From assembly GCA_039186735.1 (NCBI GenBank), contig JBCCZX010000001.1, positions 1-61,137 on the forward strand: a stretch of 61,137 nt of DNA. Direction: 5' to 3'. Position numbers and translations under genes: made by a program. The stretch comes from Verrucomicrobiota bacterium. GTDB taxonomy: Bacteria > Verrucomicrobiota > Verrucomicrobiia > Verrucomicrobiales > Akkermansiaceae. The notes beneath the pieces were generated by a model. The model was not told where the DNA came from. It worked only from the letters and a program-made list of their open reading frames with translations, and did no database searches. Each line of letters starts with the position of its first letter. The stretch's first letter is position 1. Below, piece after piece: positions 42,264 to 50,334 of this stretch.

Positions 42264-42286
42264 GCGGAGCTGGTGCTCCGCGCTTC
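42264..42286 (-). repeat. Family B REP upstream of RAYT2
   Basis: GCGGAGC-tggt-GCTCCGC perfect stem followed by GCTTC. Confidence 0.75.
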
Positions 42287-42289
42287 TTT

Positions 42290-43672
42290 TTATTCTCCAG
42301 CCATTTTGGCGGGGTCGAGGGCTTCGGCGAGTTGGTCGGCGGTGATGTTGAGTTCGTCGAGGCGTTCGGCGCACAGTTCGCGGACGGTGCGGCCAGTTTC
42401 GACACTTTCCTTGGCGATTTTGCTGGCTGGCTCGTAGCCGATGATGGGGGCGAGGCTGGTGACCATGGAGAGGGAGTTTTCGATGAGGGACTCGCAGCGT
42501 TCCTTGTTAGCGACGATGTCTTGGACGCACTTTTCGTCGAAGATGGTGGCGACGTTGGCGAGGAGGCGGACGGATTGGAGAATAGCGTCGGCCATGACGG
42601 GCATGAAGACGTTGAGCTCGAAGTGGCCGTTGGCGCCGGACCAGGTGACGGTGTTGTGGTTTCCGAAGACACGAGCGGCGACCATGGTGACGGCTTCTGC
42701 CATGACGGGGTTGACCTTGCCGGGCATGATGGAGGAGCCGGGCTGGGTGGCCGGAAGGGAGATTTCTCCAATGGAGCAACGGGGCCCCGAACCTAGTAGA
42801 CGGATGTCGTTGGCGATTTTGTAGAGGCTGGTGGTGATGGTGTTGAGTTGGCCGTGGGCTTCGACGAGGGCATCTTTGGCAGCTTGGGCTTCGAAGTGAT
42901 CTTCAGCTTCGACGAAGTCGATGGAGGTTTCCTTCGCGATGATGGCGATGGCTTTTTTTGGAAAATCGGGGTGGCAATTGAGGCCGGTTCCGACAGCGGT
43001 TCCGCCGAGGGGGAGTTCGTGGAGGGCCTTGAGAGCTTTGTGGGTGCGGTCGATGGCTCGCTCGACTTGTTTGGCGAAGCCCGAGAATTCCTGTCCGAGG
43101 CGAACGGGGGTGGCATCCATGAGGTGGGTGCGGCCGATTTTGAGGACGGAGTGGAACTCGTGAGCTTTTTGGACGAGGGATTTGTGGAGGCCTTCGAGGG
43201 CAGGGAGAAGGAGGGTTTGGAGGGCCATGCCGGTGGCAATGTGCATGGCGGTGGGGAAGGTGTCGTTGGAGGATTGGCCCTGGTTGACGTGATCATTGGG
43301 GTGAGCACCGCAGTCGGGGGCGATTTGTTTGGCGCGGTTGGCGATGACCTCGTTGGCGTTCATGTTGGTCGAGGTGCCGGATCCGGTTTGGTAGGTGTCG
43401 ACGGGGAAGTGTTCGTCGTGTTGGCCTTCGAAGACTTCGCGGGCAGCTTGGGCAACGGGTTCGGTGATGGAGGTGGGGACGACGCCGAGTTCGGCATTGA
43501 CTTGGGCGGCAGCGAGTTTGATGAGTCCGTAGGCGTGGACCATGAGGGGATCGACGGGGCGATGGGAGACGGGAAAGTTCAGGACGGCGCGCTGGGTTGA
43601 GGCTCCGTAGAGGGCGTCGGCAGGAACGGGCATTTCGCCCATGGAGTCGCGTTCGATGCGTGTGTCAGGCAT
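42290..43672 (-). CDS. fumC: Fumarate hydratase class II
   Basis: QTGSGTSTNMN, GRTHLMDATP, GSSIMPGKVNP. Confidence 0.96.
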   Translation of the reverse strand: MPDTRIERDSMGEMPVPADALYGASTQRAVLNFPVSHRPVDPLMVHAYGLIKLAAAQVNAELGVVPTSITEPVAQAAREVFEGQHDEHFPVDTYQTGSGTSTNMNANEVIANRAKQIAPDCGAHPNDHVNQGQSSNDTFPTAMHIATGMALQTLLLPALEGLHKSLVQKAHEFHSVLKIGRTHLMDATPVRLGQEFSGFAKQVERAIDRTHKALKALHELPLGGTAVGTGLNCHPDFPKKAIAIIAKETSIDFVEAEDHFEAQAAKDALVEAHGQLNTITTSLYKIANDIRLLGSGPRCSIGEISLPATQPGSSIMPGKVNPVMAEAVTMVAARVFGNHNTVTWSGANGHFELNVFMPVMADAILQSVRLLANVATIFDEKCVQDIVANKERCESLIENSLSMVTSLAPIIGYEPASKIAKESVETGRTVRELCAERLDELNITADQLAEALDPAKMAGE

Positions 43673-43680
43673 GGGCCTAA

Positions 43681-43711
43681 GAGACCAGAGACCAGAGACC
43701 AGAGTCCAGAC
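43681..43711 (+). repeat. Heptamer tandem repeat (GAGACCA)x3 followed by GAGTCCA
   Basis: Directly visible just 5' of the fumC start. Confidence 0.8.
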
Positions 43712-43741
43712 TGAATGGTGGGGAGTTTGGGGGTCGTTTGC

Positions 43742-43767
43742 GGCGGACCGGGCCGGTCCGCCCTACC
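43742..43767 (-). repeat. GTAG-type REP overlapping the trmD stop
   Basis: Reverse complement GGTAG-GGCGGACCG-gcc-CGGTCCGCC, perfect 9-bp stem. Confidence 0.65.
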
Positions 43768-44437
43768 CGTTGAGGAGGTCGGGGCGGTTTTGTTGGGTGC
43801 GGTGGAGGGCTTGTTTCTTTTTCCATTCTTCGATTTTGGCGTGGTGGCCGGAGAGGAGAATGTCGGGGACTTTGAGGCCGCGGAAGTCGATGGGTTTGGT
43901 GTAGGCGGGGGCTTCGAGGAGATTGGGGTCGGAGAAGGATTCGTCTTCGGGGGAGCGCTCGTCGCCGAGGGTGCCGGGGAGGAGGCGGATGATGGCGTCG
44001 CAGAGGACGGCGGCAGCGATGGCACCGTTGGTGAGGATGTAGTCGCCGATGGAGAGCTCGAGGTCGATGAGTTCAGTGATGACCCGGTGGTCGACGCCTT
44101 CGTAGTGGCCACAGACGAGGATGAGGTGTTGGTGCGTTGCGAGGTCGCGGACGAAGGCTTGTTTGAGGACTTGGCCTTGGGGGGTGAGGAGGATGGTTTT
44201 GGAGTTGGGGGTGCGGAGTTGTTCGATGGCGGCGAAGAGGGGTTCGGGTTTGAGGAGCATGCCTTGGCCGCCGCCGCAGAGATATTCGTCGGTCTTTTTA
44301 TGTTTGTCGGTGGCCCAGTCGCGGAGTTGGTGGGTGCGGATGGTGGCGATTTGATTGTCTTGGGCGCGTTTGATGATGCTCTCGGAGAGGGGCGCGAGGG
44401 CGATTTCGGGGAAGAGGGTAATGATGTCGATTTGCAC
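43763..44437 (-). CDS. trmD: tRNA (guanine37-N1)-methyltransferase
   Basis: ITLFPE, GGGQGM, CGHYEGVDHR, SIGDYILTNG, LLSGHH. Confidence 0.97.
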   Translation of the reverse strand: MQIDIITLFPEIALAPLSESIIKRAQDNQIATIRTHQLRDWATDKHKKTDEYLCGGGQGMLLKPEPLFAAIEQLRTPNSKTILLTPQGQVLKQAFVRDLATHQHLILVCGHYEGVDHRVITELIDLELSIGDYILTNGAIAAAVLCDAIIRLLPGTLGDERSPEDESFSDPNLLEAPAYTKPIDFRGLKVPDILLSGHHAKIEEWKKKQALHRTQQNRPDLLNG

Positions 44438-44662
44438 GCGGGGAAGACTCTAGCGAGGAATGGATTGACGCAGCAAGGCCCACCTTTTGGTGGGCCCAGG
44501 CACTTCCCCTACTCAGGGGAAGGTTTTTGGATTGCGGCTACAGAGGGTAAAAAGTGGCCAAAATTTTATCGGTTGTCTTTACGCTAGACGAAATTTTCGC
44601 AGAGTCGCGCAGAATCTTCTGACAAAGCTGTTTCATTTGATAACGCACTGAATTGGGGATGA

Positions 44663-46612
44663 TTAGGAGCTTTTGGTTTCGAGGTAATGCCAGATGGCTT
44701 CGAACTGTTTTTTTGCTTCTCCGTCGAGGACTGGGAGGGAGGATTTACCTTGGTCGTCGGAGTAGCGGGGCATTTTGGTGCCGGGGGTGATGCGGGTGGG
44801 GTTGTGCATCCATTGATGATAGAAGTCGGGGCGGAGGCGTTGGTGGGTGAGGTTGAAATTGATGCCGGCGACTTCGAAAGCGTCGGTGGCGTTTTGATCG
44901 CCGATGGCGTGGCAAGCGATGCAGCCAAGGCCTTCGTTGTTATCAATGAGTTGTTTTCCGATGGGTGCGAGTTGGTCATTTGGTTCCGGTTTTTGAGGAG
45001 AGGATGGAGGGATGCCGTGTTGGTGAGCGAAGCCAGTGGCAAAGATTTCGGGGGACCAGTTTGTGAAGGATGGCATGCGAGCAAGAAGCCAGGGGCGAGG
45101 ACGGGGGTTGGCGGTTCCGGATAGGATACTAGAAAGGTAGTCGGTGTGAAGCATGGATCCGGTGAAGGAGAGGTGGGGGAAAGATTGGTCGAGGAGTTCT
45201 TCGGTGAGAGACTGGTCCAGGAGGTGAGCGGTTTCGGAGTGGAGTTCGGCGAGGGTGGCGGGTTTGCCGTCGTATTGATGGCAAGATTGGCAGCGGAGTT
45301 CGGTGAGGTGTCGCTCGAGAAGTTCGGTGGGGGTGTCTTGGGCGAGGGAGGGGAGGGCGTCTTGGCGAAGAGACTCGAGGGCAGGGCCGGCATCTTTGGG
45401 GAGGTTGAGGGTGGGGTAGCAGGGGGTGGTGGCCCAGGATTTTTGAGAGATGGAGGCGAAGTCGGGAGTGGAGGTGGGGTCGAGAGGGAGGCCGGCGTGG
45501 CATTTGCCGCAGTGGAGTTCTTTGGCGAGTTCGGCACCGCGTTGGGGGTCACCTTGGGGGAAGGTTTGGGAGGGTTGGTGGTCTTTGGTGGCTGCGAGGA
45601 GGTAGGCGGTGAGATTGGCGGCTTCTTTTTCGGTAAGGCGGAAATTGGGCATGCGGGTGTGGGGGGAGAGTTGGGAGGGGTTCTTGAGAAAGTCGAGGAG
45701 GGCGTGGGGTTTGAATTTTTGGGAGAGGAAGAAGAGGGGGACGCGGTCGGAGGTGAGATCGGTTGAGTCGGGGGTGGTGTGGCAGGCGACGCAGGCGAGT
45801 TGGTGGAAGAGGGAGGCGCCGGCGGTGGGGTCGCCTGAAGGAGGGGCTGGGGTGGTGCCGGTTTTGAGGGTGAGGAGGTAGGCGGCGAGATCGGCGGCTT
45901 GTTGTTTGCCGGCGTCGTTGTGGGGAACGAGTTGAGGCATGTTGGTGTCGGGCCGGAATTGGGCGGGGTCGGCGATCCAGTGAGCGAGCCATTGTTGGTT
46001 GAGGCGGTCGCCGGTGATGGCGAGGATGGGAGGAATGTGATTGAGCTCGGGCATGGCGTGGGTGCCAAAACCTTTTGAGTTGAGATGACATTTGGAGCAG
46101 AGGTGGCGGGCGAAGAGATGGCGTCCGGTGGAGGCGAGATTGGTTTGAGTGCCTGGGGTTCGGAATGTGGAGGCAGGAATGGGTTCGGTTGGGAAGGAGC
46201 GTTCTTCCCAGAGGAGGCGGAATTCGGCGGGGCCGGATTCTGGAGAGGAGTAGAGCAGCTTGATGTTGTGGAGGCCGGAGTTGAGGCGGAGGCGATCGGA
46301 TTTGGAGCTGCCGAGGGTGCCGGAATCGGAGAGGATTTCCTTGTCGTTGATGGTGAGAGTCGCGGTGCCTTTTCCGGCAAAGGAGAAGTGGAGGCGTTGG
46401 CGTTTTTCCAAGTGGAGGTTTCCAGTCCAAGTGACGGAGAAGGGGCCAGGTTCGAGAAGTGAAGAGGCAGGTTGGTGGTTGGGAACGAAGAGGGCTGGAA
46501 GACGGGTGGAGGTGGTGAAATGCTTGTCGTCTTGGGAGAAGGTGGTGTGAAGTTGGGCCTCGAGCAGGGGGGAGAAGAGGAGACTGCAGAGGGGTAAGAA
46601 GAGACGTCCCAC
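44663..46612 (-). CDS. Exported pentaheme c-type cytochrome with N-terminal PA14-like domain
   Basis: CSKCH, CVACH, CGKCH, CQSCH, CIACH; several P...MP distal-Met motifs; FSVTWTGNL...L..G.H.IKL.Y. Confidence 0.85.
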   Translation of the reverse strand: MGRLFLPLCSLLFSPLLEAQLHTTFSQDDKHFTTSTRLPALFVPNHQPASSLLEPGPFSVTWTGNLHLEKRQRLHFSFAGKGTATLTINDKEILSDSGTLGSSKSDRLRLNSGLHNIKLLYSSPESGPAEFRLLWEERSFPTEPIPASTFRTPGTQTNLASTGRHLFARHLCSKCHLNSKGFGTHAMPELNHIPPILAITGDRLNQQWLAHWIADPAQFRPDTNMPQLVPHNDAGKQQAADLAAYLLTLKTGTTPAPPSGDPTAGASLFHQLACVACHTTPDSTDLTSDRVPLFFLSQKFKPHALLDFLKNPSQLSPHTRMPNFRLTEKEAANLTAYLLAATKDHQPSQTFPQGDPQRGAELAKELHCGKCHAGLPLDPTSTPDFASISQKSWATTPCYPTLNLPKDAGPALESLRQDALPSLAQDTPTELLERHLTELRCQSCHQYDGKPATLAELHSETAHLLDQSLTEELLDQSFPHLSFTGSMLHTDYLSSILSGTANPRPRPWLLARMPSFTNWSPEIFATGFAHQHGIPPSSPQKPEPNDQLAPIGKQLIDNNEGLGCIACHAIGDQNATDAFEVAGINFNLTHQRLRPDFYHQWMHNPTRITPGTKMPRYSDDQGKSSLPVLDGEAKKQFEAIWHYLETKSS

Positions 46613-46720
46613 AGCTGATTATGTTCAGTTATTCACATTGGTTTAACAGGATATTATTTTGTGAAACGGGCGAGGAATCTTGCCTCTTGAATGAGGGTTG
46701 AATGAGGATGGAGGGAGACG

Positions 46721-48172
46721 ATGGCAGAGGACCTTTTAGATCAGAAGCGGGGAGGGAAGAAGGAGGGGATGAAGTTGCAGCAGGCGGCGTCAGTTTCGGA
46801 TGTGTTGGCGGGTGGCCGGGTGATGCCGAGTGCACTGGAGCCGGAGAAGTCGATTTTGTCGACGATGTTGCAGGATCCGCTGGATCGGATCAATGAGGCG
46901 GTGGAGGCCAAGGTTTCTCCGGAGCATTTTTACCTGCCGGCACATGGGATTCTTTACAAGTTGTTGTTGGAGTTATCGGACAGCGGGAAGCCGGTTGATT
47001 TGGTTTCGTTGCATCAGGTTTTGGCGGACCGGAGTCAGTTGGATGCTATTGGTGGACCTTCGGCCTTGGTGGAGTTGTCGAACCACTCGCCTTCACCGGC
47101 GAATTTTAAGCACTATCTTGGGATTGTTCGGGACAAGTTTATTTTGCGGAGTGTGATTGGTGCCTCGAACGAGGCGATTCATGAGGCGTTCGAGAATCCA
47201 GAGGAGGTGCCAGCGTTCTTGGATGATGTGGAGAAGTCGATTTTCCAGATCAAGGAGAGCATGGAGTCGGAGGGAGAGAAGTCGGTGAAGGAGCTGATTG
47301 GGGAAGTGGTGGATGTGTTTGAGCAGTTTCTGCTGGGGGAGCGAGGGGTGCAGGGGGTTGCGACGGGTTATCCGGACTTGGATGAGATGTCGAGTGGGTT
47401 GAAGCCGGGGGAGATGTTCATTGTGGCGGCGCGTCCTTCGATGGGAAAGACGTCGCTGATGATGAATATCGTGGAGCACATTGCGGTGGATCAGAAGAAG
47501 CCCACGCTGGTGTTTTCGTGTGAGATGTCGTCGCAGCAGATTGTGCAGCGTTTGTTGTTTTCGCGGGCGCGGTTTGCGTTGTCGCAGTTGCAGCCGGGGA
47601 TTCAGCCGACGCGGCAGGAGTTGGCGAACATCAAGAAGGCGGCGCAGGAGTTGACGGAAGCGCCGCTGTTTATTGACGATACGCCGTCGCTACCGATCGG
47701 TGATTTGCGGGCGAAGGCGCGGCGGAAGAAGCGGGAGGATGATATTCAGTTGATTGCGGTGGACTACTTGCAGTTGATGCGATCGAAGTCGAAGCAGGCG
47801 GGTGATTCGCGGGAGCGGGAGATTGCGGAGATTTCAGCGGGGCTGAAGGCGATTGCGAAGGAGTTAAGTATCCCGGTGATTGTTTTGGCGCAGTTGAACC
47901 GGGGACCGGAGCAGCGGGGCGGGAGTCCGCGGATGTCGGATTTGCGGGAATCGGGTTCGATTGAGCAGGACGCGGATCTGATCGGGCTGCTTTATCGTCC
48001 GGAGTATTACAACGACTCGACGAAGGATGATGCCGAGCAGCAGGCGGAAGAGAATGAGGGCTTGGCGAAGTTGATTATTGCGAAGAACCGTAATGGCCCC
48101 ACGGGTGACGTGGACCTCACCTTCTTGAAAGAGTTGATGAGGTTTGAGTCACACGCGCGACCGGCAGGCTAG
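46721..48172 (+). CDS. dnaB: Replicative DNA helicase
   Basis: AARPSMGKT, VDYLQL, SDLRESGSIEQDAD, AKNRNGPTG. Confidence 0.97.
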   Translation: MAEDLLDQKRGGKKEGMKLQQAASVSDVLAGGRVMPSALEPEKSILSTMLQDPLDRINEAVEAKVSPEHFYLPAHGILYKLLLELSDSGKPVDLVSLHQVLADRSQLDAIGGPSALVELSNHSPSPANFKHYLGIVRDKFILRSVIGASNEAIHEAFENPEEVPAFLDDVEKSIFQIKESMESEGEKSVKELIGEVVDVFEQFLLGERGVQGVATGYPDLDEMSSGLKPGEMFIVAARPSMGKTSLMMNIVEHIAVDQKKPTLVFSCEMSSQQIVQRLLFSRARFALSQLQPGIQPTRQELANIKKAAQELTEAPLFIDDTPSLPIGDLRAKARRKKREDDIQLIAVDYLQLMRSKSKQAGDSREREIAEISAGLKAIAKELSIPVIVLAQLNRGPEQRGGSPRMSDLRESGSIEQDADLIGLLYRPEYYNDSTKDDAEQQAEENEGLAKLIIAKNRNGPTGDVDLTFLKELMRFESHARPAG

Positions 48173-48178
48173 ATTCTC

Positions 48179-48823
48179 CTATTTGAGCTTTTCGATTTCG
48201 GCGAAGGCTTCGTCGTCACCAACAGCGACAATTTCGCCATCGGCGGATACGAGGGTGTATTCGGGCACGAAGTCGGTTTGTTCGTATTGGCGGAGGCCGC
48301 TCTCTTTAGCGTCTTTGGGGAGGACTGTGAGCCAAGGGAATTTTTCTTTTTTGGCCCAGGAGATGGCGGCGTCGTTTTCGCGGTCGAGGGAGACGTGGAT
48401 CATCTCAATTTTTTCGTTTTTGGCGATGAGCTTATTGTATTTCTCCACCAACTGTGGAGCAGATGCCCGGCAGGGGGGTCACCATGAGGCGGAGTAGTAG
48501 AGGAGGAAGTAATCGGGTTTCTTCTCCAGCTTGGCGTCTACGAATTTTCCGTCCTTGAGCAGTTTGACTAACCCTTCGGTTTTGGGGGCGACGGGATTCT
48601 TTTTGGTGGATTCGTCGAGGAAGGTGATGTCGTCAGCGGAGAGTTTGTCTTTGGTGAATTCGATTTCCTTTTCGTTGACGAGGAGGACGACCTTACCGGA
48701 CTCGGGGTCGTAGCTTTTGAGGTCGCCATCGAATGTTTTTGAGCCATCGGAACTGGTCCAAGTGCGGGCCTGAATGGACAGGGTGCCTGCAAGCAAGATG
48801 GTGGCGAGAGTCTGCAATTTCAT
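48179..48823 (-). CDS. Exported SHD1 + thioredoxin-like selenoprotein (UPPC), paralog 1; TGA at 48479-48481
   Basis: Signal peptide, RTWTSSDG...LSADD (SHD1-like), LYYSASW-TGA-PPCR..APQLVEKY...IHVSLD in one frame. Confidence 0.87.
48443..48459 (-). promoter_or_regulatory. Putative SECIS hairpin, paralog 1
   Basis: CUCCAC-AGUUG-GUGGAG starting 19 nt after UGA. Confidence 0.7.
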
Positions 48824-48850
48824 CGTTGGTGAGAGAGGCCGGAGGTGGAT

Positions 48851-49537
48851 TTATTCCGCCAGCTCTTTAATTTTCGCAAAGCAGGCGTCAGCGCCGTTGG
48901 CGATGCTGTTGCCCTCGCCGTCCACGAGGTGATATTCGGGGACGAAGTCGTTGGTTTTGTAGTCGCGCATGGTGCTGCGCTGCACTTTGTCGGGTAGGAT
49001 GGTTGGCCAGGGCATGGATTCCTTGGCGGCCCACTGTTCGGCGGCATCGATTTGTCGGTCGAGAGAGACGTGAATCATTTCGACCTTGGGGTTGTCGGCG
49101 ATTTCGGAATTGTATTTCTCCACCAACTGTGGAGCTCCGGCCCGGCAGGGGGGTCACCAGGAGGCTGAGAAGTAGAGGAGGTAATATTCGGGAGCTTCTT
49201 CGAGAGTGTATTTTTTGAATTGGTCGCCATCGAGTTTGGAGACGACGCGGTAGGTGAGTTTGGCGCCCACTTTTTGGGCAGCGAGGACTTCTTCGGCCTT
49301 GGGCTTGTTTTTTTCGGCATGCCATTCTTGGACGAAGGTGATGTCTTCTTCGGAGAGTTTGGACTCGTCGAAGGAGAGGCTGCGACCGTTGGTGAGGACG
49401 GTGACTGTTTTTGCTTCGGGGTCGTATTCCTGAAGTTCGCCTTCGAAGGTTTTTTCGCCATCGGCACTTGTCCAAGTGCGAGCACTGGAAAAGAGGGACA
49501 GGCTTAAGAGGATGGCGAGGATGAAAGAACGTTTCAT
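48851..49537 (-). CDS. Exported SHD1 + thioredoxin-like selenoprotein (UPPC), paralog 2; TGA at 49154-49156
   Basis: ATG 49537, signal peptide, RTWTSADG...LSEED, LYFSASW-TGA-PPCR..APQLVEKY...IHVSLD. Confidence 0.87.
49118..49134 (-). promoter_or_regulatory. Putative SECIS hairpin, paralog 2
   Basis: Identical sequence and spacing to the paralog 1 hairpin. Confidence 0.7.
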
Positions 49538-49595
49538 GGCTTCCCTGAAGTAACGCAGCAAAGGCGGTTTGTCGTCCTTAAAATGTGCAAGCGAA

Positions 49596-50174
49596 TCAGT
49601 TGAGTGCGTTCTTGGGCCACAGTTGGTGCTGGGCTGGCGGGACAAGGGGCATTGCGGTGAAGGAGAGTCGGTTGTCCCGGATTGTCCAACTCAAGTCATT
49701 TTGAAAGTTGTTGCTGAGTTCCCCGAGGACGTCCCGGTAGCAGGCGAGGATGCAGATGCGGTTGCTTCCCTGGTTCGAGGGTGCGAGGCCCCAGACTCCG
49801 TTGTGTCCTTGCTCGAGCTGGTCAAGAAGGAGGCAGAGTTGGCTGGTGGAGATTGGGCAATGGGAATCGATGAGAACCACAATATCGCCAGAGGGCTTGC
49901 GGGGTGATTTGAGATGGAGGCTTGGGTGCAGGGGGGTGTGGGATGAGCTGAAGACTTCCCAGTGGTCGGCGAGTTTCATCGCGGACTTCGTGAGGGAAGC
50001 CTTCACTGTTTCTAGGTCAGGGGTTCCGTGGTCTGCCACAATGAAAGAGAGGCAGTGGTAGGGCTTTTCCCCGGGTTCAGATTCCCGGGGGCGGGAGGGG
50101 TTGAGTATTATCATTGGTCGCGCGTCGTTGTTTCCACGATTGGGAAGGCAAGGTCTGAGCCAAGCTTGTGTCAT
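49596..50174 (-). CDS. Hypothetical protein, faint resemblance to DUF2064/CofC-like transferases
   Basis: Only sizeable ORF co-oriented with its neighbours; VVLIDSHCP...L...GLAPS.QG. Confidence 0.35.
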   Translation of the reverse strand: MTQAWLRPCLPNRGNNDARPMIILNPSRPRESEPGEKPYHCLSFIVADHGTPDLETVKASLTKSAMKLADHWEVFSSSHTPLHPSLHLKSPRKPSGDIVVLIDSHCPISTSQLCLLLDQLEQGHNGVWGLAPSNQGSNRICILACYRDVLGELSNNFQNDLSWTIRDNRLSFTAMPLVPPAQHQLWPKNALN

Positions 50175-50334
50175 CTTCGCAATTCAATGGATGTTAGTCG
50201 TTTGTTCGGCGTGATGATTCTGCGAAACAATTATTTAAGCTTTAAATACGGTAATATTTACCGAAGGTAAGGGCGGAATAGCCCGATATTTTTTACAGTC
50301 TTTGTAAAAATTACAGGATTTGGTGTTTCCTGAG

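Noticed and set aside
44477-44528. Twin hairpins upstream of trmD as an ncRNA or riboswitch
   Set aside because: GGCCCACC/GGTGGGCC and CTTCCCCT/AGGGGAAG stems are real, but they match no RNA family I recognise, and the T tract is on the strand opposite the flanking genes
44584-46430. Long Pro/Ser- or Arg/Pro-rich minus-strand ORFs
   Set aside because: Alternative frames of the cytochrome gene
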